A stretch of DNA of 64,000 nt, from positions 37,538 to 101,537 of IMG/VR virus record IMGVR_UViG_3300032116_000064. One strand, 5' to 3'. The position numbers and the translations under genes are program-made. This DNA is from a virus. The notes beneath the pieces are model-generated. The model was not told where the DNA came from. It saw only the letters and a list, made by a program, of their open reading frames with translations, and searched no databases. Of the stretch, positions 9,883 through 20,800 are shown piece by piece. Each line of letters opens with the position of its first letter. The stretch's first letter is position 1.

Positions 9883-10773
9883 ATGTCACAGGATAAGGAA
9901 AAGATAGTAGATGTAGTTTTAAATAAGAATGGCAAAGATGAAAACGTCAAGTTAGTAGTTAAACGCCCCAGTAGCGCATTAATTTCTCAAGCTCAACGAG
10001 TCGGAGCAAAAGCTTGGACAGATTGTGTTCGTGAAGGAATTATGACCAAGAAGGAACTTGAAAAATTTATGAAAGAGCAGGGGATTTGGGACGAAGGTAA
10101 AGACGAAGAGCAAAGAAAGGTTGTTCAAGAAATCTCTGATTTAGAAAAAAGATTGTATGTTAGCGGGAATGGTGGTAAAAAGCTAAAAGCATCAGAAGGC
10201 AAGGATATTGCTATTCAGATGAGAATTAAGCGAAATGAGCTTAGAGACTTAATTGCAGAGAAAATGAGCCTTGAGCAAAACACCGCAGAATCCATCTCAG
10301 ATAATGTCAGATTTGACTATCTAGTAGCACATTCTGCCTTTTATGAAAATGGTCAGAAAGTGTATAACAGTTTAGATGATTATAAAGAAAGGTCTGACGA
10401 TCAGATAGCTTTTAGTGCTGCATCAGCACTTGCGGGTATGATGTACGCTGTAGATAAGGACTTTGAGGCAAAGCTGCCGGAAAATAAATTCCTTAAAATG
10501 TTCCACTTTGTCAACGAGGATTTAAGTCTAGTTAATGACAAGGGCGAAACTGTAGATACTCAAGGTCGCAGAATAGACAAGAACGGATACTGGCTCAACG
10601 AAGATGGTAAGCGAGTAGATAAAGATGGTAATGTTCTTGACGAAAATGGTAATTATATTCCGAGCGTTGTTTATGTAGATGACCAAGATAAGGAAATTAA
10701 GCCAGAAGAAACAGAAGAAGCCGAAAAACCAACATCCAAGAAAAAGAAGTCAACAGCAACGGATAGTGAATGA
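9883..10773 (+). CDS. Putative tail assembly chaperone, second paralog, with (D/N)xxG 7-aa repeats
   Basis: GGAGGA at 9873-9878 favours the ATG at 9883; directly upstream of the tape measure gene; DKGETVDTQGRRIDKNGYWLNEDGKRVDKDGNVLDENG repeats. Confidence 0.6.
   Translation: MSQDKEKIVDVVLNKNGKDENVKLVVKRPSSALISQAQRVGAKAWTDCVREGIMTKKELEKFMKEQGIWDEGKDEEQRKVVQEISDLEKRLYVSGNGGKKLKASEGKDIAIQMRIKRNELRDLIAEKMSLEQNTAESISDNVRFDYLVAHSAFYENGQKVYNSLDDYKERSDDQIAFSAASALAGMMYAVDKDFEAKLPENKFLKMFHFVNEDLSLVNDKGETVDTQGRRIDKNGYWLNEDGKRVDKDGNVLDENGNYIPSVVYVDDQDKEIKPEETEEAEKPTSKKKKSTATDSE
10360..10375 (+). promoter_or_regulatory. Putative internal late promoter upstream of the tape measure gene
   Basis: GTGTATA acagtt TAG inside the 9883 CDS, about 450 nt before the ATG at 10807. 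Confidence 0.4.
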
Positions 10774-10806
10774 GATAGAGTTGTGTGGCATCAGTAAAGG
10801 AGAATT

Positions 10807-13800
10807 ATGTCAAGATTCGTACTGACCGCACAATTACAGTTACAAGCTCCAAATAACGTTAGGCAAGTTGTACAACAAATTCAGAGCCAGTTACAGGGTG
10901 TAAATGTTAATGTACAAATTCAGAATAGCCCACAAGCACAGCGTCAATTACAGCAAGTAACTCAACAGGTTAATCAAGCAACAACGGCAGCAGAACGCAT
11001 GGGCAAGGCATTTGCTTTGTCCATTAGGCGTTTTGCTGCTTTTTCTGTAGCCACAAGAGCAGTTGGTTTATTTACTAGTACTCTCAATAGTGCTGTTAAT
11101 AGTGCTATTGATTTTGAAAGACAGTTAATTAAAGTCTCTCAAGTTACTGGTAAAAGTGTTGGTCAGCTTCGCGGATTAACAAAGCAAATTACTAGTCTGT
11201 CTACTGGTTTTGGTGTAGCATCTTCTGATTTGTTAGAAGTTTCTACAGTCTTAGCACAGGCTGGTTTGACCGCTGAAGATACATCTATTGCACTAAAGAC
11301 ACTAGCAAAAGCGGCACTTGCCCCTAACTTTGATAGTATCACAGAAACTGCCGAAGGTGCCATTGCTATCTTAGCACAATTCCAGCAGGGAGTTGGAGCT
11401 TTAGAACAGCAGCTTGGTTCTATTAATGCTGTTGCTGGTGCATTCGCTGTAGAAGCTAGTGACTTAATTGACGTTGTTCGTAGAACTGGTGGTGTGTTTA
11501 AAGCTTCTGGTGGTAATCTAAATGAACTATTAGCATTATTTACAAGCGTAAGAGCCACAACGCGAGAAAGTGCCGAAAGTATTGGTACAGGTTTGCGTAC
11601 TATCTTTACACGTATTCAACGACCCAAGACTATTGAGTTCTTAAAACAATTTGGTGTTGAACTTACTGACTTAGACGGTAAATTTGTTGGTCCATATGAG
11701 GCTATTAAACGACTAAGTGAAGCCCTAAGTGGACTTGGAGAAGGTGATCTTACTTTTATTAGTATAGCTGAAGAGCTTGGTGGATTCAGACAAATTGGTA
11801 AAGTTCTTCCACTTTTACAGCAATTTTCTACCGCTCAGTCCGCGTTAAATGTTGCTATGAAAGCCGGTGATTCTTTGACTAATGATGCTGCATCAGCACA
11901 AGCGGCATTAGCTATTAGAATTATGAAAGTCAAAGAAGAGTTTTTGGCACTTATTCGTAGTGTTACTGAAACATCTACTTTTCAAGTAATGGCTAATACT
12001 GCTCTTAGTTTAGCATCTGCCCTCATAAAGATTGGTGACTCTATTAAGCCATTGCTTCCAATGTTAGCAGCTTTGGCGGCTTTTAAATTAGTGAAGGGTA
12101 TGGGAGGTTTCTTGGGCGGAATGATGAGCGGTGCCACTTCTGGTAGAGCTTATAATAAAGGTGGTAAAGTTCTTGGTTTTGCTAGGGGTGGTCTAGTTCC
12201 CGGTTCTGGTAATGGAGATACTGTTCCAGCGATGCTAGCTCCGGGTGAATTTGTTATACGCAAGAGTAGCGTTAATAAGATGGGTGCTGGTACTCTTGCT
12301 GCGATGAATGAAAATCGTTATGAAAATGGTGGACCTATGACCACGGCTCAGAAGCTGGCTATGGCTAGAGGTCCACAAAAAACACAATCTCTTGGAAAAA
12401 AAGATAAAAAAGCAAAATATACATCTGGTCGAGATAAAGATGAATTAAGATTTTCTGTAGCTGATGGAAGTATTGGCGCATTCTTTATGAATAAAGAAGG
12501 CACTCCAGATGGTTTAAAACCATTTAAAAGTAAAAGTTTTAATATAACAAATTCTGAATTGTTATCATTAGCTGGAGTTAAGCCGTATAAAAACAAAGGC
12601 GACAAAATGGCTGGTAAATCAGATACATTTTTTGCCAAAGGAATTTTAGAAGCTGGAAACATACAAACATTTTATCCATCTATTGGAGATATAAAGTCTG
12701 GCTCTTTAAGTCAAATTATTCAGAACAATGTAAAAACTAAACTATCTGAAGCGGTTGCATCCGTAGCTAATGAAGTTTCGTCTAAAAAGTTATTAGACAT
12801 TCCACCAGTTGATAGTAATGATGCACTGTTATCGGCAGCAGCAAAAAGAATTCAATCTGATGCAGGTGCCATAAGAACTACTTCCGGGTATTTATATGAA
12901 GGTGTAATCGATGCTTTAACTGGTGCTAGACCAGCTTCTGGTAATGCTGTATTCGATTTTCCTGCGTCTTCTTTACAAGGAAATAGACAGAGATTGGCGG
13001 CATTATTTGGTAATGCTGGAGCTATAGGTAAATTAAGACAAGCTGATGCTAAAGCCTCATACTCCAGTAAGATTATCGATGGAGATATGGGAAGCGGTAG
13101 TATATCTAGTAAGATTGTAAACTCAATCAATAACGGTGTTTTAGCTGGTATCAATGTAAAGAAAAAGTTTTTTGGTGGTCCTATCTCTAAGTTTGCTGCT
13201 GGTGGTGGAGTTGGTACTGATACCGTTCCGGCCCTATTAACTCCCGGTGAATTTGTTGTTAACAGATCATCTGCACAAAATATAGGATACGGTAATTTAA
13301 ATCGTATGAATAAAGTTGGTAAATACGCCAAGGGTGGAGTTGTTCAGCGTTTTGCCGCTGGAACTTCTGGAACTGGGGCAAAATCAATTGTTAGCGACTC
13401 AAATATTCCCGGCTTTGATATAAAAGCTCCTACAGTATTGAATAAAATAATCAGTAAATTAACTGGTACTTTTTCCGTTATGGATGTTAGTGTTGAAGAG
13501 GGCCGTAAACAATTCCAAGTATTAAAAGCCGTTACTCCAGATTTAAGTAAATCATTAGTAGATTATGCAAATGCTAATAATTTATCTTTTAAGCAAGCCG
13601 CTCAATTATCTTCGGCATATTCACAACTTGTAACACAAATGTTGAAGCAGGGAGCATCAAGTGCTGTAATTCAAATACGTATGCAAGATTATGTTGATGC
13701 TTTGACTTCGGGCGCAAAAGCAATTGGTACTACAGCAAGTGAAACAGCTTCATCTTCAGCAACTTCTCCAGCATCTTCTGCGGCAGCAACTGCTGCAACA

Positions 13801-16800
13801 GCAACTACGACTAATAAAGCTGGTGGCGCAGTAACATCAAGTAATGTTAAATCTAAAATTTCTGGATTAGCTGATAATGGGGAAATTCAACGTGAAATTG
13901 CTGCTACAGCACAAGAAATCAAGAAAACTGGTAGTTATTCTAAAGTATTGTCTACTTCGCTAGAAAAACAAAAGCAAGTAACGGATGGTTTATATCAAGA
14001 ATCTGCCGCTTTGGATGCAAGAATAAGTGCTTATGATCAAGCTCTGGCAAAATTAGCAACACAACAAGGAAAAGCTGCTGCAACTGGAACAGCTGCCAAT
14101 AGAATTGTTCAGATGAAAATGGATGCTGAGTCCAAGCGAATTGAAGTAGATCAAAGGGCTTTGGCTGAAGAACAAAAATTTGAGGGTATACAGAAAAAAC
14201 ATCAAGCAACTATAGAAAAACAAACTCAGTTGATGGATAAACAAAATGCCTTGATACAACAAGCTAAATCCAACAAACAAGCTGCTAGTCAACTCACAAA
14301 AGATACTTTACAAGGTGGAACACAATCCAATTTTAAAGATAGTGACACTCGCGCTAATAGTCGCGCTGATAGCTGGAATCAACTACAAAAACAAAAAGCA
14401 GATGCAATATCAGCTAGAGAAAATGAATTTGCTAGAGCAAGAACTGCAAATAAGGAAAGACAATCTCAGAGATCTGGCGGATTAGGTAGCATGATGCCAT
14501 CAGACGTTGGCGGTGCAGCTATAGCTATATCAATGGTTACTGCATCATTACAAGCTATGCTTCCGCCACTTGATGAAAACTCATCCGCTTTGACTACAAT
14601 GTCTCATTCTTTATTGGGATTGGTTACTACAGTGGCTGGAGTAGCTTTTGCTTTACAAGCATTTGGCGTAGAGCTAAAAGCTCAGAGCGTAATGAAATTT
14701 TTAGGTGGTGGTGGCCTTGGTACTGGCGGCAAAAAAGCTGTCATCAGTGCTGCTCAAGGCTTAGGATTTGGTAGGGACGCAACTGTTGGCATTATGAAAA
14801 CTGTTAATGCAATATCTAAAATAGCTGGACCATTATTAGCTGTTGCTGGAGGGGCATATCTTGCTCAACAAGCCTTTAATGTCATTGCAGAAAGTATTTA
14901 TAATTTTGACGGAAGATTAAAACAATCTATAGAGTCGGGAGATGTAGAGGGGGCTAAAACAGCTGCCCGCGAAAAGGCAGATTTTCAACAAGGCTCTGGA
15001 GCGATTGGTGGAGTATTAGCAGCAACAGCAGCTGGTGCCGCTATTGGTAGTTTTATTCCAGTAATAGGTACAGTGATTGGTGGACTTGTTGGTTTAGGAG
15101 TTGGAATTTTAGGAGTATCATCGTCATTTTTAACAACAACTGATAGTGCCGTGGCTTTAGCTGCGGCTCAAGCCGGTGCGGTTAAAACTCAAAAAGCTTT
15201 AGATGAAGCTCAAAAAGTTGCAGCTACCGCTATGGATGATTTTAAAAATGGCACCATTTCTGCTTCTGAAGCTCTTGCGAAAATTAGAGCTAAAACAGGA
15301 GAAGCAAATGCTCAAATGGGACGAGCAAATACTTTCGCTACTGAAAATTTAAAAAATAGATCCAATGCTTATAGTGACAGTGGTTTCCTAAGAAATGTTG
15401 GAGCTTTAGGTGGTTTAAATCCATTTATGGAGACTACTGGAGCGCGTAATGCGCGACTAGGAAAAGAAAGTGCAGATCAAATAAATAATGCCGCAAAACA
15501 ACAACAAGAAGCATTCAATATTGAAAGTCCAGCCCGACAAGCTGCTATTAGATCTGGCGTAGCTAGAGGAAAAAATATAAATGCTGTTAGAGCAGAGGCA
15601 ACTAATGGGTTACAGAAACAAATTAGTGAACAAAGATTATTAGGTAATCAACTACAGTCTTCTGGCGATGAGGCTGGAGCAAAAGCCGCATTTGCAGCAG
15701 CATCACAGATGGAAGCACAACTTAAACAAGTTAACAAAGAAATAGAAAATATTGAAAAGGAAGTCAAGCGTCAGAAAGAATTGTATGATGCTATGAATTT
15801 AGGATTACGTTCAGCAACGGCAACATCATCCGCACTATCAGCTACGATGGATAGATTTTCTGCTGGATTTGAGGTAGGCGGATCTACACTTGGCAGTGAT
15901 ATTGAATTTTTACAGCAGTCAATGAGTAGTGCCGCACAAGCTATGGATCCAAATGAAATTAAAGATGCAGTTAGTAATGTATCTTCTAACTTACGCGAAT
16001 TTGGTGTTGGTGAAGAATATATTAAGAAATTTGAAGGTAATGTGGCAGCATTTACATCTGCTCAACAAAATTACAACAAAGCCTTTGATAATATTAAAAA
16101 TTCAATGGCCGAAGCAGATTTCAAGGGTCTAAGTTCTGATGAAATAAAGAAAAAGTTTGCTGATGAACTTACAAAAGGGATGGATGAAGAAGGCGCAAAG
16201 AGTCTTAAAGCGGCAATCGGAGGAATGGATTTAAGCGATACTGATGTTGACCAAATTATTGCTGGAGATTTAAGCGTTTTTGGCAATAAATTAACTGAAG
16301 TACAGAAAAAAATGTTTGAAGATCTTCAGAAAATTGAGCAAGATAGAGCTAGAGCCGAACAGGTACTTATAGATTTTACAAAAAAGAGAATTGATGCTGA
16401 ACGTAATTTAGTTGCTGCTCAACAAGAAGCACTAGATTTAACTTTAGAAGGAAGAGAAGTACAAGCCAAGTATGGCGGTAAAGCTGTAAGTGCTGAAGAA
16501 AGACGGGCTAATATTCTTGGTAAGTCTAACGTAGAGGGCAATCGTCTTGGTTTGACGGCTATGAGAACTGGTAGTATTCAAGAATTAAGAGCTAGAAATG
16601 CAGAAATTAGAGGCGGATTTGCTAACGTCGAAGCCCGTAGGACTGAACGTGGTGGTATGGATAGAACTGCCGGTGTAGTCGCTGATGAGTCACAAAAAGA
16701 CTTAGAGAAAGCATACAAGACACAAATAGAAACAATTAGAGGATTGATTAAATTAGAAGAAGAACAATTAAAGATTACCCAAGAAAAGAATAAACTTGAG

Positions 16801-17844
16801 AAAGAATCTATGGAATCTTTAATTAAGGGAGATGTAGAAGAATTTTTCAAGAAGCAATCAGCTGTTGGTGCTACAGCCGCAATTGCTAGTGGAGATACTC
16901 GTCTACAAAATTATTATGGTGCTGACGCTTTAGGCATGGCATATCAAGATATTCAACGTCAGCAAGAAGCCGGTGTTCAAGAATTATATGGTCAACAACT
17001 TGGTGGTGCCGGTGGATTAGTAGAAAGTGCTGCCGGTGCTGCACTATCAGCCAGAGGTGTAACTGATATGAGAGCAGCACAAGTTATGGCCGGTACTACA
17101 GCAGAAGAAGAAGCAAGTAAATCTAGATTAAGAGAACTTGGCGGTATGCTAGGAGAAACTGGGCAACTTGGAACAGAAATGGCAGAAATGCAAGTCACAA
17201 CTGCTACAATGAATGTAACAGCAGCGCAAGTTAAGTTTGATGAAACTATGGCAAGAGGAAGAGCAAAAGCAGAAGAAGGGTTGGCTTCTGAAAATAAGAG
17301 TGCTGCCGAATTCAAGTCTCGCGGCGGATTAATTTATGCAAGTCGTGGTATCTTCGTTCCTCGCGGAACGGACACTGTGCCAGCAATGTTAACTCCGGGT
17401 GAATTTGTGGTTAATCGCGCCGCTGTTCAACGTGATAATAACTTGCAAATTTTACAAGCAATGAATGGTAACTCTTCTCCTCCACCAGCCGCTGGGCAAG
17501 CAGTTGGAATGGCAAAGGGCGGAATGGTTCAATACTTCAGAGATGGAGGTCAACCTCAAGGTGGTGGTTCTTTTGCTGGAATGTTTGCGGGTATAACTGA
17601 TGGATTATCTAAATTTGCTACTTCTTTTGGATCACAAATATCTGAAGCCGTCGATAAACTTAAAGGTATTAATATCACATTAAGTTCTAATTCAAATGTC
17701 AATGTAAATATTAATGATAGTTCTGGATTGTTAAAAATGCTCAAAGAAGATACTAGAAAAGACATATTAGCAGCAATAGAAAGAGAGTTCAAGGATTCTC
17801 AAGGTGGATCACTTAAAAGAAATAGTTCAGTATTAGGATCATAA
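10807..17844 (+). CDS. Tape measure protein
   Basis: 2345 aa; TP901-type tape-measure core (RESAESIGTGLRTIFTRI), Ala/Gly-rich helical body, hydrophobic glycine-zipper segments, three DTVPAxLxPGEFV motifs. Confidence 0.9.
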   Translation: MSRFVLTAQLQLQAPNNVRQVVQQIQSQLQGVNVNVQIQNSPQAQRQLQQVTQQVNQATTAAERMGKAFALSIRRFAAFSVATRAVGLFTSTLNSAVNSAIDFERQLIKVSQVTGKSVGQLRGLTKQITSLSTGFGVASSDLLEVSTVLAQAGLTAEDTSIALKTLAKAALAPNFDSITETAEGAIAILAQFQQGVGALEQQLGSINAVAGAFAVEASDLIDVVRRTGGVFKASGGNLNELLALFTSVRATTRESAESIGTGLRTIFTRIQRPKTIEFLKQFGVELTDLDGKFVGPYEAIKRLSEALSGLGEGDLTFISIAEELGGFRQIGKVLPLLQQFSTAQSALNVAMKAGDSLTNDAASAQAALAIRIMKVKEEFLALIRSVTETSTFQVMANTALSLASALIKIGDSIKPLLPMLAALAAFKLVKGMGGFLGGMMSGATSGRAYNKGGKVLGFARGGLVPGSGNGDTVPAMLAPGEFVIRKSSVNKMGAGTLAAMNENRYENGGPMTTAQKLAMARGPQKTQSLGKKDKKAKYTSGRDKDELRFSVADGSIGAFFMNKEGTPDGLKPFKSKSFNITNSELLSLAGVKPYKNKGDKMAGKSDTFFAKGILEAGNIQTFYPSIGDIKSGSLSQIIQNNVKTKLSEAVASVANEVSSKKLLDIPPVDSNDALLSAAAKRIQSDAGAIRTTSGYLYEGVIDALTGARPASGNAVFDFPASSLQGNRQRLAALFGNAGAIGKLRQADAKASYSSKIIDGDMGSGSISSKIVNSINNGVLAGINVKKKFFGGPISKFAAGGGVGTDTVPALLTPGEFVVNRSSAQNIGYGNLNRMNKVGKYAKGGVVQRFAAGTSGTGAKSIVSDSNIPGFDIKAPTVLNKIISKLTGTFSVMDVSVEEGRKQFQVLKAVTPDLSKSLVDYANANNLSFKQAAQLSSAYSQLVTQMLKQGASSAVIQIRMQDYVDALTSGAKAIGTTASETASSSATSPASSAAATAATATTTNKAGGAVTSSNVKSKISGLADNGEIQREIAATAQEIKKTGSYSKVLSTSLEKQKQVTDGLYQESAALDARISAYDQALAKLATQQGKAAATGTAANRIVQMKMDAESKRIEVDQRALAEEQKFEGIQKKHQATIEKQTQLMDKQNALIQQAKSNKQAASQLTKDTLQGGTQSNFKDSDTRANSRADSWNQLQKQKADAISARENEFARARTANKERQSQRSGGLGSMMPSDVGGAAIAISMVTASLQAMLPPLDENSSALTTMSHSLLGLVTTVAGVAFALQAFGVELKAQSVMKFLGGGGLGTGGKKAVISAAQGLGFGRDATVGIMKTVNAISKIAGPLLAVAGGAYLAQQAFNVIAESIYNFDGRLKQSIESGDVEGAKTAAREKADFQQGSGAIGGVLAATAAGAAIGSFIPVIGTVIGGLVGLGVGILGVSSSFLTTTDSAVALAAAQAGAVKTQKALDEAQKVAATAMDDFKNGTISASEALAKIRAKTGEANAQMGRANTFATENLKNRSNAYSDSGFLRNVGALGGLNPFMETTGARNARLGKESADQINNAAKQQQEAFNIESPARQAAIRSGVARGKNINAVRAEATNGLQKQISEQRLLGNQLQSSGDEAGAKAAFAAASQMEAQLKQVNKEIENIEKEVKRQKELYDAMNLGLRSATATSSALSATMDRFSAGFEVGGSTLGSDIEFLQQSMSSAAQAMDPNEIKDAVSNVSSNLREFGVGEEYIKKFEGNVAAFTSAQQNYNKAFDNIKNSMAEADFKGLSSDEIKKKFADELTKGMDEEGAKSLKAAIGGMDLSDTDVDQIIAGDLSVFGNKLTEVQKKMFEDLQKIEQDRARAEQVLIDFTKKRIDAERNLVAAQQEALDLTLEGREVQAKYGGKAVSAEERRANILGKSNVEGNRLGLTAMRTGSIQELRARNAEIRGGFANVEARRTERGGMDRTAGVVADESQKDLEKAYKTQIETIRGLIKLEEEQLKITQEKNKLEKESMESLIKGDVEEFFKKQSAVGATAAIASGDTRLQNYYGADALGMAYQDIQRQQEAGVQELYGQQLGGAGGLVESAAGAALSARGVTDMRAAQVMAGTTAEEEASKSRLRELGGMLGETGQLGTEMAEMQVTTATMNVTAAQVKFDETMARGRAKAEEGLASENKSAAEFKSRGGLIYASRGIFVPRGTDTVPAMLTPGEFVVNRAAVQRDNNLQILQAMNGNSSPPPAAGQAVGMAKGGMVQYFRDGGQPQGGGSFAGMFAGITDGLSKFATSFGSQISEAVDKLKGINITLSSNSNVNVNINDSSGLLKMLKEDTRKDILAAIEREFKDSQGGSLKRNSSVLGS

Positions 17845-20800
17845 ATGAGTTGCTCAGTTTGTAATATAAATACTAATATTATCTTACAATCAGATAGTAA
17901 AATATCTGCTAATATATCTCCATTCAATCATGGCTTTTCTTGCCGTATATCTTCATCTGCTAAAGTTTCTTCTTCTGCTTCAATATTTAGAAATCTTACT
18001 CAAGCATTAACTAGTGTTGGAAAAGTAGTGGCTCATGAGAATGTTAATTTCTCTCCAAAGGAAGACTTATATGAATCCGCTGTTGGTAAAATTCTCGGGT
18101 CAACATCTGCCACACTTGGCGTAAATAATAGATTTTTGTCCTCTAGTAATTTTCAAACTACAAAAACTGATAAATTTAGTGGAAGTAAATTATCTTTTCA
18201 AGCATCATCTAAGCTATATCCTATTGGTGACATATCATTTAAAAATAAGTTTACTGATACCAACGTCAATATAAGCAATTCACAAGCTCAATCTACCAAT
18301 ATATATACAAGTATTGATGAAGGAATTTTTGCGGGTAATTACACTGATAATAATTCCAATGGATTTTTAACATCTGATGATGCTAGAAGTTTTGTATTTC
18401 TTAATCAAGCTCTTGCGTCTGGAGATTTAGAATACAAATTTAGAGTAACATATCCACTTGCTAATCCCAAGTTTAGCTATTTCGCTTTAAGGGCATATGC
18501 ACCATTTGACAATTATTTATTGAGAAGACCTCAGAGATACAAAATATATGATATTACTCTTAATGATCCAAGCGGCAATTTGATCATTAAGTATGATGAT
18601 ATATTTGTAGAAGGTGATAATAACTTTACTACATATATATCACAAGCTAATATAAATAAAGTGAATCAAACGACATGGAGTTCTGGTTATCCATACATGG
18701 ATTCTGGCAGTCCACTATTTTTAGAAAATAAACCATATACATGCAACTTTAGTGTATCTGTAGATTGTCCACAGCGTCCATTTGATGATCGATTTAATTT
18801 GGGTTACGAGCAACTATGTATCAAAGATGCCCCTAGTCCAAATCCATACAATGCATTGCTTATTTCTGCTATTGAGATTGGAAATAGTGGAGGTGTTGGA
18901 GTTCGAAAAGACAATGCATTGAACTGCTTTGTAAAAGTTCGGGACAAGTCTGAAAGAATTAAAAAAATAATATTACCAAATACATTGTTTACGAATGAGT
19001 TTAACAATGGTATATATCCAGAGGCTAGTAGCGTATGGAGAACGCCAGATTATGAACACAGTAATCAAGATGTATTGTCATCTAATACGCTGTTGCAAAA
19101 AATTAGACATGTAAATACGGATTATGGAGATTATATCAGTCTCAGCGGGTCATTACCAAATGTTGACAGCGGTAGATTAATTCTTAAATTTGATACGGAT
19201 CGCGATGAATTAAACGTATATGCTGGCGGTGCATTTAATTTTGGTGGAAATAAAGTCTTTGACGATGCTACAAAACAACAGTATCAATATCAAGACTACT
19301 TTGAAGTAGACTATGCTGAGTTAAAAGTTATAGCCCGCAAGCACCCTAGTAATTCTGATTATCCAATCGACATAGTTGGATATAGTGACGATAAGTTATT
19401 ATATGTCACTCCAGCCATTGGTGGATTCTTACAAAATAGTGGATCTTTACCCACAATCTCAAGTAGTATTCCAGATGTATCTGGTTTTAAAAAACCTAAC
19501 TTGAGTATTTCTAGCAGTAGTATATCTGATGGCAGTGAGTTTTTCTTGAATGATATATCTTCGCTGGGTGATCACTACGTACTAAATACTTCAATCTTAG
19601 TAGACAGTACATCATTTAAAGAATATATAATACCATTAGATATATATTCTGACCCAAATAAATTAGGATACAATAAATATTCTTTAAGTCCGTATTTTGA
19701 AAATCTATATATAGATATATGTCCGATACCTAGCGGGGCTTCTATAGCTCATGTTAGTTTGATCTTATATTACAAACCAGCCAATGCTCTACATCTTCAT
19801 ACTTTAGGTAGTCCATCTAACCGAAATGCTGTACAAAAAATAATAACACTACTACCAGATGGAAGCGGCACAATATCAAGCAACGAACAGCCTAGCGGAT
19901 TAGTAGTTGGATTCTCATCTCCTAGTTACTTATCTACCAATTTTGCCAGAAGGTGGAGAGGTCATACTGGAGATATATTTGTTGGAGGAGATTTTGACCG
20001 TGAAAGATTTGATTTCTCTTTTAATCATCAGCAGTCTGACGCTTTATTTTTAAATTCTTACATAGATTTTACAAACTGCGATGGTCAAAATATATATGAT
20101 CATAATAAAGTAGCGGTAGGGGCATCTATAAACGATGATTTAGATATATTAAGTAATTTTGGATGGAGATATTCTTCTCAGCAGCTAATTGATGGTATTA
20201 CAACAGATTATTCATCATTATCTTGGAACAACAGTGTATATGATAATTTTGATAGAGCTTTGCGTATTGGAAACGATTATGTAAATACCAATTTTTTGAC
20301 TAGCTCAAATAATGATTTTGTATTATTCTTTCGATATACTCCCGACAAAGTATCGAGCGGTGAGCTAAACAATCATTTAATAATGTGCTGCGAAGATGGA
20401 GATTGGTCTATTGCAATAGTTGTAGAGAATGAAAACTTAACACTAAAAGTAAAAAATACCAACTCCACAATATCTACAATAGTTGATACAATCAAAATTT
20501 CACAATATTCTTTCCCGCTCCCAATATTGATAACTTATAACAGTGCCACTAAAAAATTCAAATTATACACCGACAATCAATTGATAAAACCATTTGATCG
20601 ATTTAGAGGTGAAGTAACTATTAATTCATATAGTAGCAGTACAAACAATTTCTTTGGATATTCTAATTATTTTACATCACTTGGATCTATACCAATGTTT
20701 TTGCATGAAATTGGTTATTCAAGTGGTTGTCATATAGTAGATTCTAATCCTAATAGATTTTTAAATCAAATTACTGCAAATGATTTCTTTGATTCTTATA

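Noticed and set aside
9400-9900. Classical -1 slippery-site frameshift joining the tail chaperone ORFs
   Set aside because: The 9538 and 9883 ORFs each have their own strong RBS and start, and the ORFs do not overlap in the way a G/GT frameshift requires
13725-13815. Ser/Ala/Thr low-complexity tract in the tape measure as a DNA repeat element
   Set aside because: No nucleotide-level periodicity; it reads as an ordinary flexible linker
11163-17792. Multiple minus-strand ORFs opposite the tape measure gene, and similar shadow ORFs elsewhere
   Set aside because: They are antisense to long, well-supported genes, have no recognisable motifs and are explained by codon bias
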